The translations under genes and the position numbers were made by a program. A model generated the notes under the pieces. It searched no databases, was not told the origin of the DNA, and worked only from the letters and a program-made list of their open reading frames with translations. Shown piece after piece: positions 1 to 13,323 of a stretch of 64,000 nucleotides of DNA. The stretch is from Naegleria gruberi. Its lineage: Eukaryota. The stretch lies in assembly GCA_000004985.1 (NCBI GenBank), contig GG738846.1, one strand, 5' to 3'. Within the stretch, counting starts at the first letter, position 1, and every line of letters starts with the position of its first letter.

Positions 1-177
1 TTAGAATTGGCCAAGGCTTTGGAAGGAACTGGTAATTTAATTTCTGCTCGTATTTGTAATTTTGAACAAGTAATTTCAGATCCATCTATCTTTCAGAAAA
101 TTTTAACTTTAAAACCAATGAATTTATCAAATACTCAAGCCTTTCCAAATATTGTGGAGGAAACTTTATTAATCTAA
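1..177 (+). CDS. 3' end of an unidentified protein-coding gene (C-terminal 58 aa, stop TAA at 175-177); the 5' part lies outside the window
   Basis: Frame 1 is open from the window edge: ...LELAKALEGTGNLISARICNFEQVISDPSIFQKILTLKPMNLSNTQAFPNIVEETLLI*. It is followed by AT-rich non-coding sequence. Confidence 0.3.
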   Translation, partial: LELAKALEGTGNLISARICNFEQVISDPSIFQKILTLKPMNLSNTQAFPNIVEETLLI

Positions 178-1195
178 ATGAAATGATATCATAATTTGTT
201 TAAAATTTCTTTTTCGTTAAACTAAAGAAATTTTCTTTTTCAACATTTAGTTCAAGTGAGATCTTCTTGTTTGAGTTGTTTAAATACTCAACTAAAGCTC
301 ACCAACGATCGATCAAACAAAATAAAAAAAACAAAAGTAAACAAAGAAACATAGATTCATCACTTAAAGGTAAACAGAATAGTTCTTCATTTTAAGAATG
401 AATTGTTTGTATTAAAGGAACCAATAATAAAACATATTCTTTACAATTAACTCAGATCAAAACAAAAGATTCGGTAATTTGAATATTGTAGATCTTTATT
501 AAGGTGCAACTAAAAAACATATGGCAAGGTTATTGGGATTTTGTTTTTTTCTAAAGAGATTCAACAAATTGATTTTTAGTGGAACATTTATAAGACACAT
601 GGAAACAACATATTCCTCTAACAAATTATGAAAACCAAGTGTGTGAGTTTGTAAATTAGTTTGTTTAGTAGAAAGTATTATCTAGCACACCTGAAAGTGG
701 TTAGGGAAGAATTGGTTTTCAATAATGAAGATTTTGTTTTTTCTTAATTTTTGAAATAATTGTTGTGTTTTATTGGTACTTTCTTTAGATTAACGTTAAT
801 GAGTTAAACATCAAATGATTTACCATACTTTTACAATCTTAAACACTAACAAAAAATTTATCAACCTAATTCTTAATTTACGGTTGGTACTTATTAGAGA
901 TCTTGAATTATTTTGTTCTTTCAATATGATTTTCTTATAAAATCAATTAAATTTAAAAAGGTTCACCAATTTTTGAATTACAAACTCATCAATATAAATG
1001 TTGTGGTATTGAATTTAGAGATGTAAATTTTGAATACAACGTTCCTCTTTTTATTTCAATGTGTGTAGTCTTTTACGTTTATCTAAAATATAAATACATC
1101 TTGTGTTTTGTAATTGGCAAATTCAAGTTTCAATTTTGTTGAAGAAAATCTTTTTAAAAATTAAAAAAAATCATTATCCAACAGAAAAGAAATTA

Positions 1196-3123
1196 ATGAT
1201 GACGTCAAATCATTCATTTTCACTTGGATATTTAATGATTCTTCTCAAAGTAACAACAGCAATACTGTTACTTCTTGGCAACATTTCTCATGCTAAAATT
1301 GTTCAAGTTCAAGTTTTATCTAGACATTGTGATCGTTCTCCAGTTTCTCAATATCAAATTCCGACGGATCCTTGGGATTGGCAAGGATTTTTAGCCAAAT
1401 ATTCGTATAGTGATGGTGTTTCTCCTTCAATTCAGATTCCTTTCGGCCAAGGACAATTAACTGGACTGGGTCTTCAACAATGCTTTCAAGGTTTGTTTTT
1501 TGTTTCGAATAATTATCATGTAACACTCAATGAAAACTAGTTGGTAAACATTTTAGAAATAGATACTTGTCAAGATTTATGAATAATACCCAGAATAATG
1601 GTATGTTAATATCTCTGATAATTTAAATTCAATTCGGATAATTGTCATCACATAAAGGAGTGAATGAAAATCCAAATGTCATTAGTAATTTAGTTTATCC
1701 ACAAAACAATCAAATGGATACCACCACTGCTCACTGGAATCCTCAGGACTTTCGTTTCTATGCTACCAATTATGATAGAACATTATTTTCAGTATTCAGC
1801 ATTGCACAAGCAATGTTTCCGAATGGATATGGACCACTGAGCGATATTTCATTGAATGGACAAGTGAATGCAATGCCACAAGGAATGCAACCAATTCCAA
1901 TTCATACTCAAACATCAACCAATGAAATTTGGATGTCTGGCTATGGCAAATGTCCAACTATTGATCTCAACAATGAGGAAAATCAACAAAGTAGTGAATA
2001 TTTGAAAATGATTGCCGATTTTAAACCATATTTGAAAATTATTTCTAACTTGACTGGTATTCCATTTGAGAATGGGTTGATTACAATGAATAGTCAAAAA
2101 TCATTCCTATCAAACATTTTCTCGAATACTGAAAGCAAAGATGAAACAAGAGTTCCATTCTACAAATATCTTGCTAGCCCAGAAGATGCTCCAACACAAC
2201 AAGAATCCACACTATCAAGCTATCCACAATTTACAACACCAATTGATTTTTCAAACTTCTACTTGGTTTTGGATTTACTCAATGTTCAATACTCACACAA
2301 TCAACTCAATTTGAAGGGAATTTTGGATATTTGGGAAAAGATTCTACAAATTGGAGATGCTTCAACCTATAGTACCTTCTCAAGAAAGGTTCAAGGCACT
2401 TTGGGAGGTGGTCCACTCGTTCAAAAGATGATTGTTGAAATGGAAAAGATGATTAGCTCTCTCAGTGGTTTGAAGGCAGACAAGCAAGCAGATAATTATG
2501 GAGCTGATCCTGATGAAAGTAAGACAGTTCCATACAAGTATGTTCATTACAGTGCTCACGACGTGACAATCTTATCCCTTATGGCTGCTCTCAAACTCTC
2601 TGATGACTATCCTCAATTGAGAGCAATTCCACCGTATGGATCTCAAATCTTATTTGAACTTCATCAAAGTGACAATGTACCAGCTGGTCAAAAACCAACC
2701 CTTGACGATTTTTATATTAGAATCAGATATAATAGAGGCTTTTCTGATGATAGTTTCACAGAGTATAGTTTGATTTCTCTGGCTGGAACTGGTTGCAAAC
2801 CAGGAAAGGATTCTAATTTCAATTGTTCCTATTCTAATTTCAAGAGTGTTTGTCAAGCTGATGCCATTCCAAAAGATTGGTGCTCTGAATGCAAGAATAC
2901 TAAGGCAGACATTTGCGTTAGAGCTTTATATGAAAAGGAAAGATCACTAACTACTATCATGCTTGTAATTCTTCCAATCATGGGAGGTTTATTATTGATT
3001 CTTTTGGTCTTAATTGCCATCATTCGTTTGAGAAGCAGTAAACTGTCAAGAATGGTCAGAGGAACAGCTGATACCACAACCATCAATAGTGAAAGTGCAA
3101 CTCTCTATCAAACTCTTCATTAA
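1196..3123 (+). CDS. Histidine acid phosphatase with N-terminal signal peptide and C-terminal TM anchor. Two exons: 1196..1490 and 1658..3123; intron 1491..1657 (GTTTGT...AAAG).
   Basis: Exon 1 carries the signal peptide MMTSNHSFSLGYLMILLKVTTAILLLLGNISHA and the RHCDRSP motif (RHGxRxP family signature). Exon 2 carries the second catalytic HD motif (YSAHDVTILSL) and a TM helix IMLVILPIMGGLLLILLVLIAII. The phase-1 join gives 1761 nt, 586 aa. A NAGNAG-type alternative acceptor at 1660 is possible. Confidence 0.7.
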
Positions 3124-3381
3124 AATCAATTCAATTTCTCAATTAGATGATTCTTGAATATTAAGTCATCACACTTCTTATTGTTGACAAATCTCTTTGT
3201 GTGTTACTACAGCAACAATACGACTGGAAGATTCAAAAATTTGAAATGGTTAATTTCTTTTTTAAAAAATATCAACTAGAAAAAAAACATAACACTACTC
3301 GATATTTCCTCTCTCGATTTTTAATACACTACACATATTATTATTTTCAAAAAGTAGTAGTAAGGAATTAGAGAGTAAAGA

Positions 3382-6300
3382 ATGTTTGAAGGAATTGCTT
3401 CGAGCATTATTGTTAAACTCCTCGGAGATTATATTGAAAATTTAGATAGTAAATCTCTTAAAATTGCTGTATGGAGCGGAAGTGTTAATCTAACCAATCT
3501 AACGTTGAAAGCTTCGGCTTTGGATACATTTGATTTACCAATTTCTGTCGTACAAGGATGTGTTGGTAGTATTGATGCATCGATTCCTTGGCAATCCCTT
3601 TCTAGCAGTCCTGTGATTGCCAAAGTGAGTGATGTCTTTCTGGTTGTTCAACCAAAAAAGTGTGATAAGGTATGTATTATTTGCAATTAGGATTCTAATT
3701 ACTTGTTCGATTTATATAAATATATATTTAATAATGTAATTATTGAAAATAATTTGGAAAATATATTTGGATTTACAAATTTAACGTTTGTTTGGATTAA
3801 TTTCTTCTATCATCAACAAACTGAAAATGTTAATTTTCCAAATTTATTTTACTTCTTCTTTGGATTAATACCCTATAATCTATTATTATCAACTATGCAA
3901 TATTATTATTTGTTAATATTAATCTTACTCACTTGATAGTATGATGAACAATCGGAGAAGGCTAGAGCATTATTGGCCAAACAAAGAAGTCTTCAAAACC
4001 ATGAATTGTGGAAGGAACAACAAGAGGCTGTGGATGACATCAAACAAGATAAAAAGACAGACGATAAACAAGGGGATACTTTTGTTTCTAGAATGACCGA
4101 AACTATATTGAATAATCTTCAAGTGGAAATTTCCAATGTACACATTCGTTATGAGGATGGTTCCAATCCAAAGAATCGTATAGTTTTTGGTATTACCATG
4201 GAAAAACTGTCCTTGAAGAGTTGTAATGAAAATTGGGAGGAAGTTTTTATCAAGACTGTCCAAGCAGCTTTCTACAAGAAAATGTTACTTCAAAATTTAT
4301 CGTTCTATATGAACAATAATGAAATTGAACTCTTTTCAAAATCTGGAATGGATACTAAGAAATTCTCTCTCCATATGAAAAAGATTATCACTGAAAACAA
4401 GTTCTACAGAAGATTTATTGTAAGTCCAATTAATGGAGAAGCCAAACTTGTCATGCAAAAGGAAGGAAATATCGATATGAGCAAACCTACAATGGTGGCC
4501 AATTTGGAATTAGACAATGTAAATTTATGCCTCGATGACAGACAATATAAGAATCTACTCTCAACTCTTGAATATATGAGTAACTACTCACGATTTGAAA
4601 GATTTAGACATTTGAGACCAAAGACAGATTACAAATCGGAAGAAAAGGGATTATGGTGGGAATATTTAATCAATTCTGCAAAGGATATTGTAGAGAAACA
4701 TCACTTTACTTGGCAACAAATTGAGGAACGTAAAAAGCAAAGAAAGGAATATATTGAACTCTTCAAGAGAAGTAAGGAATATCCATGGCAAAAAAAGCTT
4801 TCTGATTCGGAGAAAAAAACTCTCCATTCACTGGAAGACAAGATTGATTTTGAGGATATTATCTTTTACAGGGAGCTGGCCTATGAAGAATTAAAAATTG
4901 AAAAGCAAAAGAATAAGGCATTCCTTACAAAGAACGAAAAATCCTCTGGATGGTTTGGTGGTTGGTGGGGAAGTAAACCCTCAACTGCTACTCAGGAATC
5001 GTCTTCTGGAGAAGAATCACCAACTGCTTTTGAATTTACAGAAGAGCAACGTGAAGAGTTACACAAGACAATTGGTTACAATGCCAAGGAAAAGGCTCAA
5101 TCCATAGAGCTACCAGCAGATTATGTATCCTATCAAATTAATTTTTACCTAAAGCAAGGAGAACTTAAACTTAGAAATGCCAGAGTGAAGAGTAGTGATC
5201 CAGATTCAGCCATTGTTAAAGGTGCCTTTAATAACTTTAGAACCGAGGTTGGTGTTAGAGCTCAGGGATCTGTCATTGTACGAGTGACATTGGATGATTT
5301 TGAAATTACAGATCATTTCTCTGATGTGACACAATTCAAAAAGATTCTCTCAAGAAGAAAGCAAGTTGGCCATTTGGCAGAAATTATTGTGGAAAATAAG
5401 CCTCTAGATGGTGAATCAGATTTGAAGGTGCAAATATTGCTTCAACAAGTTGACATTGCACTCAATGTTCCTCTAGCTCAAAAAATTCTCTCCTTCTTTA
5501 TCATTCCATCAAATTTGGACTTTTCTGCACTTCAAAACCTTGCTAAAAAGCAATTTGAAAGTTTACAACAACAAGCTCTCACACAATTGAAGGTTGCTTT
5601 GGAATCTAAAATGTTAATTGCTTTGGATGTGTTAATTTTGGCTCCAACATTTATTATTCCTATCGACTATAAGGATGAAAACTCTAAAATAGTATTACTC
5701 GACTTGGGTAAATTGAAATTCAAGAGTGATATTGATAAGAAAGAAAGAGAAAGGAGAATTAAGAATGAAACTGTAGAAGAAAAAGATTTTTATGATAGAT
5801 TCGACCTTGAACTTTCAAATATCCAAGCAGTCATTACAGATGTTCCAAGCTATAACAAACAAACAACGACAAATTCATTCCAACTTATCGAAAAGGTTAA
5901 TATATTTACCAAGTTGGGTATTCTCATTACAAACGATACCAACTATGCTGGAACTAAAATTGAAGGAACCATTCCTTCTATTAAGGTTAACCTTTCTCCT
6001 CTAGCTATGAATACCATTGTTAATGTAGCCAACAACTTCCTTGTTCTAGTGGATAATCCAACTGGTAACAGTAAGGAAGATGTTGAAATCAAGGGTGCAC
6101 TCAAGATCAAATCAGACCTTTTGACAAATGGTGAATTTAAACCATATTGGACTGAAGTGACAGAAAATGGTAAAATCATGCTCTACACCACAGAAAATGA
6201 TATGAAACCTTCAGGATGTATTTATATCGATGATAGATCCATTGAATATCAATTATCTGACAAAAATCCAGATTTAACAGAGAACCAACTGGCTATTGTA

Positions 6301-9300
6301 ATTCCTCAAGAGTCTGGTCCTACAACTGTAATCTTTGAAGCCGAAAGCAAAACTTTACTTGACAAGTGGTTTACCTTAATGTCCACCAAGAATGTTAACA
6401 AAAAGCTTAGTTTCGAATTGAGCAATAATGAAAAGTCTCATAATGAAGAGGAAAAACAAAAGAATGTCAAATTGAAACTCAACTTTAATTTGGGAGAATT
6501 CTGTGCCTCCCTTATTTATAACAAGAAGGTTGGAGAGAATGAATTCACTGAAATGCCACTAACAGATATCAAACTTCAAGATTTTGGTGTTGATATGGCA
6601 ATAAGACACTATGATACCATTATGAATTTTAGTTTAAAGACATTTACAATTAGTGACAAGACCACAACAGCCACTGATAAGTACATTTTAACATCAGATT
6701 TGCAATCAGATAAGAAACTTGCTGATCTTACTCTTATCCAAGTATCAGATCCTCTCTCTGAACATTACAAGAGAAATGCCGATTTATTGTTGGAGTTTGT
6801 TTTCCACAAGATGTTATTCAACTTTGATCCTATGTCCTTAACTACCTTTTTAATGTATATTTATGATGTTTTGGATTTGACTCAAAAGATCGAAGCAAGA
6901 GTTCCAACCATCACACCAACCGAAATGAACAAGAAATTTGAAAAACGAGACAAAAACAGAAATAGTATGGATTTGCATGCTAATTTGTCTGAGGTAAGCC
7001 TTGCATTGGTTCAGGAAGACTTTTCCAGCTTTGCCACTGCTACAGTTGCAGATGCTGATGTTTCATTCTCTATGAATGATTTGGGATTATGTGTAAAGGG
7101 TACAGTTGGTAACTTGCTTGGAATTGATGACTCTAATGATGGTACTATCTATAGAGAAATTGTTGGTCTCTCCACAACTGATCAAAAGTCTCTCATTACT
7201 TTTAGCTATATCCAAAATAATGAAAGACCTGAAAATGTTGCCCCAACTCAACCTTATTATAACAAGTTCTTGAAACTTGTTTTGGAATCTGTCAAGATTG
7301 TCTACTTGAATCGTGTTATTGTCAAGCTTCAACATTTTATGCAGAATGGTCCTCTTTGGGATGCCCTGGCTGCTGGAGGTAAAAAAGTTTCTGAATACTC
7401 TAAAGACTCAGTCTTGAAACAATATGAAAGTTTGGAACTTTTTAGTTTGGATGTTAAATTGGTTAATCCTCTCGTAATTGCTCCAATGGCTTACAATAAT
7501 CCAGATGTTATTGTTGGTAACTTGGGTGAAATTACTGTTAGAAACTCACTTACTCAGAGAGAAGACTGTTGGATTGAGCTCTACGCCATATCCTTCACTC
7601 AAATGAATTTGCACACTATTACCAGTGTTAACAATAAGCAATTTGTTGGTGGTATGGATTGGTTGTTGGATGTTGAAAGACCAGTCGTAAACCCTCTGCA
7701 CAAGGTTCCAGGAGTATTCGTAAATATTGCTGTTTCTGATGTTGCTATGAATCTAACTCATGAACAATACCAAATGATTTTCAAAGTAGTGGATGGTAAT
7801 GTGAATGATAACGCTGGATTTTCTTCGTCAAATGAAGCTCTTACCAATGAGACTAAGAAGACTGAAGATAAGGTTCTCTCTGAATCTGATGCCAAAATTA
7901 CAGATCTCATTGTCAAGGTTAAATTCTCCAATCTTAATTTGACAGTTTTAAGAACAGCCGATGATCCATTGGCCAGATTGAATATGTACGATCTCAATGT
8001 TGATGTGAATACAAAGAGAAATGGATTGTCTGTAACAAAAGTTTCAATTCATGCAACAGATGCCCATGATTTGAGAAAGCAATCCGATAGTTACTTCAAG
8101 ACTTTTGTCGACACTAGAGAGGAGGAAAATTCTCAACACTTTATCAATGTAGACATTTATAACGATCCTGAAAAGTCTCTGGTAAAAGTAGATGTCAAGA
8201 TGGGCAATCCAAGAATTATTTTCGTTCCAGATATTGTATTCGAAATCCAAGACTTCTTTGTGACCATGAGACCAGAAAAGGGTCCAAAAGGAAAAATTCT
8301 TACCTATGAAACAATGCCATCAGGTGACATTCATATTAATTCTGACTTGACTTTGGGTCTGGATTTGTCACTTTCTCCAGTAAGAAGATTAGTTGTACAC
8401 AAGACTGAATCTGGTGTTGTCGAAGTTAATGGTAATGGTCATACTATTGATTTACCATATGATTCCGTATTCAAGGTGGATGAAGGTATGATTTTAAAGC
8501 TTGTCAATGTAAAGATTAAGAAGCAGTCAGACAAGACCTTGGAAGATTATGCAGAGCTTGGTGAAAAAGCCAAAATTTCTACTAATAATAGTGTTGTTTT
8601 TGTTGGTGATACGGATATTGAAAAAGAAGATAAGGCTACCATTGTAGTTGTATCAATTGACAATCCTAACGTAATGTTCCCAGTTAAGCCAAGCGATCCT
8701 AACAGTAGATTGATGGTTCTGAGATCTAAACTCAAATTCAAGATGGAAACAAGCGCTAACAAACAAAGCATTGTTGTAATGATTTCTGAAATGACAATGT
8801 TTGTTGACAGCTTCAATTCAACAATTATTTCAAAGAATAACATTCTCGAACCTCTCTCTCTTGATTTTGAATACTTGTCAAGTACTGAGCCACAAGCTGT
8901 GCACAATGATATCAAGGCAAGAATTGATGGCAATGTGAGGTCTAGAATCTCCTATCAAGATGTCAAGATGATAACCGAAGTGGTAAATCATTTTACTGAT
9001 GCAATGAGCAAATCGAAGAAGGAAGAAGTTCCTATTGCCTTTGAAGATGTTGAATTATCTGATGATTCTGGATCAGAATCTGAAGAAGAAGAATTTTCAG
9101 AAGCTAAGGATGAAACTGAACATATTGATGGTCAATTCGTACTTAATGACTATGTAGAGTCAAGAAATAACCTAGCCGTGATACCAACTGTTGAAGAGAA
9201 AACTAACAACAAGACTACAAACTTTTTATTCAACTTTGACATGACACCAGATCAATCTGTATCCATCCTAGTGGTAGACGATGTAAGAGGTTATGATATA

Positions 9301-12300
9301 CCATTAATTACTTTTACTATGAGAAAAGTTCACTTGATTGAAACTAAAATGACTCAATTGGGCGACACTTCCTCTATTAAGGCCAAGTTGATTGGTTACA
9401 TTCAAGCTGATTATTATAACTTGAAGATTGCCTCTTGGGAACCAATTCTTGAACCTTATGGTATTGAATTCCTCTTTAGAAGAAAGCCAAATACAAAATC
9501 AGCAACTCCAAATGTAGACAGATTTGAAATTAGAGATTTGGATATTCCAAAATACAAGCAAATGTATCATCCTGAAGAGTTTGATGGTTTATTGTTGAAT
9601 GTTACCCAATCAATGATTACTACCGTTTCTTCTACAGCCAAGTTGTGGAAAGATGAATTTTATACAGAAACAAAGGTATCAAAGAAGTTTGATCCATACT
9701 GTATTAGAAATCATACAGGTCATATTATCAAATTAATTTTCCCATACAATACTCAACTCCAAAAAGCAGACATGTACGAGATTGGAACTGGTCAAGAAAT
9801 GAACTTTTCTCTACCAGAAGATAAAACCAAAACTGCTCATCATGCCATAACAATTGATGTTCCTGGATTTAACAAATTACAAGTTGAATTGAAACAAACT
9901 GGTAAACTCCATATCAAGAATAATAAGAATGAATTTTGTATGGTTGATAATGATTTGAAAGAAGGTAGAAAGATTATAACTATCAGTTCTGGTATTCAAA
10001 TTAGAAACTTGTGTACTATGGATTGGGAAATTGGTTCTCTCAACATCTCCTCCAAGATGATTACCAGCTTTGGTATTGTTAATCCAAAGGAATATATTGG
10101 TATTCCACTGACATCTGTATCAGAAGGAATTCTTTGTATGAGACCTTGTATTGGAGAGGGCTATCAATGGAGTTTACCATCTGGTGGTCTCAAATTTACA
10201 GAATTACTCAAACTCTACAAGGGTAGTAAGAATGTCACTATTACAAATCAAAAGGGCCCTAACATGTTTGCTGTTGTGAGAACCAACTTTGCCCTCGATG
10301 CAGACTATCAACAATTCAGAGAAAAGTATGCCGAAAATCCACTCTTGTATCAAAGATTCTACTGTACTCTTGATATCAAACCACCTTTGGCAATTGATAA
10401 TACTCTTGGAAAGACTGTCGATTTCACAATTATTGCTCAATCACCTCAATCAAATGAAAGAACAGTTGTACAGGAAGGTACCATGTTGAAGGGTGAAAAA
10501 TTATTTGTCTACTCTACAGAAATGAATAACAACATACTCATAAGAGTAAAGGTTGAAAAGGAATGGGTGACTAAAGAATTGGGACTTATCCATTTGGCAA
10601 AGAGAGACGGCACAATGACACAACAATCAACACATATCAATATTGAAAATTCAACAGGAAATTATTCACGTATTTACATTGACTATTCTGAAGTGAATAC
10701 ATCTGCCTACCGTGAAATTATTCTATTCTCTCCATTCTGGATTGTTAATCACACTGGAGAGAATGTAGGAGTTAGAAATTCTTCCACAAGTAACAAGCCA
10801 TTCATTGTTCCAACTGGTGAAACTTTAATGTATGCAGAGACTTATGATCGTGAAAAGATTAGCATTACATGCAACGATTCTGCACCAAGTCCAGCCTTCT
10901 CATTAGCTTCAAGTTGAAGAGAAAGAGAAGATCTACAATTGGCGAGAATACTAAACCATCTCTTACTCATGCAGCCTCTTCAGCTAGTATGATGGGAGAA
11001 GGACAAATGAGTGATTATACAGAGGAAGAGGAGGAAGATTTCAATTTATTCATGCTTGCTGAAATTAACCAAATTGGTGTGTCATTTATTGATAACTCTC
11101 CAAGTGAAGTTGCCTACTTGTTGTTAGGTGGATTGACGATGAGATATGCCACAACAGACAAACATCAATTTATTGAATGTGTGCTGTACAAACTTCAATT
11201 AGATCACCAAGATTATGAGGCTACCTATCCTGTTATTTTATGTAATGTTAATGAGGCAGGACAAGAATTTATTCACTTTAGTTTGTGTAGATCTGTTGAA
11301 AACAATACCAATGTAAATACCTTCCCATACATGTCATTAATGATGAGAGAAGCTCGTTGTGAAATTGACTACCTCTTTATTTCCAAGTTTGTGAAATTGA
11401 TAGGTATCTTGTCAACAGACCAAGATCAAAACAATGAAGCTGATGCTCAAATTGCTGAAAGAATGACCAAACCTGTTGAAATTCCAAAGTCTGAAGCTGA
11501 TGCTGAAAAGTTCTACTTTGAAAATCTCGAATTGCACCCTGTAAAGATCCATTTGACATTCAAACTCAATCAAGCAGAAGATGATAGTAATCCACTTTTG
11601 ATCTTGTTTAAATCTGTTGGTGTCACTCTTACAAGAATTGATAATGCTCCAATGAGATTTAACTCACTCATTCTTAGCCATCCGTTCATGACACTCAATG
11701 CACTTATTGATAAGGTTAAGAAACACTATATTCGTCAAGCCACAGTCCAATTCTACAAGATTTTGGGTTCTTTGGATATTATTGGTAATCCAGTTGGATT
11801 GTTCAGTGATATTGGTACTGGTGTCGTTGACTTTTTCTATGAACCTGCCTCTGCCATCACAAAGAGTCCTGAAGAATTTGCCAGTGGTTTAGCAAAGGGT
11901 TCTATGAGTTTATTGAAGAATTCAGTCCATGGTATTGGTAATTTTACTTCAAAACTTACAGGAAATGTTGGTAATGGTATTGCCTTTTTGACATTTGATA
12001 AGGAATACAATCAACAACGTGACAGACAAGCCAATCAAAAACCAAAAGATATTAAGGAAGGTTTGGCATCTGGAGCCAAGTCTTTATTCCGTGGTATTTA
12101 TGGAGGTGCTACTGGTATTGTTATGCAACCTGTAAAGGGTGCTCAAGAAGAAGGTGCTGTTGGTTTTATTAAGGGTGTTGGCAAAGGTATTATTGGTATT
12201 CCTCTCAAGCCAGTTGGTGGTATTATTGATATGGCAACAAGAACTGTTGAAGGTATCAGTAACAGTAGTACTACACTCTTCACTCGTGTCAGGTATCCTA

Positions 12301-12740
12301 GAACTCTGGCTGACAATGGTGCTGTTTTAAGATATTCATTAACAGATGCTTATGCCAAGTATCTTACTGTCTCTATTGATGATGGTGCCTATGCAAAGAC
12401 CAACAAAGCTGTCTATTACATGCCAGATTCAACAAAGGCTGCTGTTTACTTGATTACTGACAAGTTTATTTTGAAGGTGGACCCAGTTGAAAAGAAGGTA
12501 AAATGGAGAATGCAACTTTCCAAGATTATGAAGGTTGAATTGGTTTCAGAACCTACCGATGCCATTAAAGTGGTAAGCAATGAAAGAGAAAAATCAATTT
12601 TTGGAACTTCAGGAGCAAACATTACGAGATTATTAGATTCATTTGATAAGGAATATTTACACAGATTTAAGAACAAGCTTAATATTGAGTTATCGAGAGT
12701 TTTCAAAGAACAGCAAGAGTTTGACGTTGTAGATTATTAA
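3382..12740 (+). CDS. vps13: VPS13 family bulk lipid-transfer protein, about 3,000 aa. Exons: 3382..3669; 3940..about 10829 or 10917; then a frame change into 10869-10907..12740.
   Basis: The N-terminal chorein motif is present (MFEGIASSIIVKLLGDYIENLDSKSLKIAVWSGSVNLTNLTLK...PWQSLSSSPV). Intron 3670..3939 (GTATGT...ATAG) gives a phase-0 join to YDEQSEKARALLAKQ. The middle of the gene is a continuous 2314-aa ORF. The C-terminal part has the hallmark VPS13_C/ATG_C block (ILGSLDIIGNPVGLFSDIGTGVVDFFYEP, GIIGIPLKPVGGIIDMATRTVEGI). The frame switches from +1 to +3 within 10863..10917 (see findings). Confidence 0.85.
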
Positions 12741-12816
12741 AATAAAACACTTGTATTATTATTATTTTGAGAATTCCACTTTAAAAAATCATTAAACAAT
12801 AAATCTTGATGAGGTA

Positions 12817-13125
12817 TTATTGTTGATATTGGAAAGCATTTTGCTCAATCATTTTATCCAATTCGAATTGAATTATTTCCGTTTTGTCTTCCATTACAAA
12901 TAAATGGGTTTCATCAAGGTCAAAGAGAACAATTTCTGTTCCGATATTTAAATTGAACATCATTCCGATCATAAATATTCCAAGCATTAGATGATTAATG
13001 TATTGAAAGTTAGTAAAATAAACAAATCCATGCATACCATTGTTGTACTTTTTGTTCAGATACAATACAAACTCCTTGATTGCCGGATCACATTCTAACA
13101 ATACTCCACTGATGGCGTTTACCAT
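12817..13125 (-). CDS. tfb5: TFIIH subunit p8/TTDA (Tfb5). Exons 13038..13125 and 12817..12935; intron 12936..13037 (GTATGC...AACAG); 68 aa.
   Basis: MVNAISGVLLECDPAIKEFVLYLNKKYNN|E|IVLFDLDETHLFVMEDKTEIIQFELDKMIEQNAFQYQQ aligns along its length with TTDA ([25 protein letters not shown]...IIQDIDDTHVFV...LMDQNAF). The unspliced ORF has a 34-aa hydrophobic insertion that the intron removes. Confidence 0.65.
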   Translation of the reverse strand: MVNAISGVLLECDPAIKEFVLYLNKKYNNGMHGFVYFTNFQYINHLMLGIFMIGMMFNLNIGTEIVLFDLDETHLFVMEDKTEIIQFELDKMIEQNAFQYQQ

Positions 13126-13323
13126 TTTTTTTAAACTTGTTTTAAAATTTGATTATAATTTTGAAATAATTTTGAATTAATGGATTTGATGAATGCAAGT
13201 TGTGTGAAAATAAATGAACACAATTTAGAAACAAAGAGAGAATTAATTTTACAAAATAATTTATCAATAGTTTTAATTTACAACTAGTTGATCCTAGTAA
13301 ATTGCATCAAAAGATGACAAAAT

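Noticed and set aside
1103-1195. Upstream extension of the acid phosphatase ORF that begins with an alternative start
   Set aside because: The first canonical ATG followed by a textbook signal peptide is at 1196. The upstream residues (MFCNWQIQVSILLKKIFLK...) are A/T-rich promoter or leader sequence.
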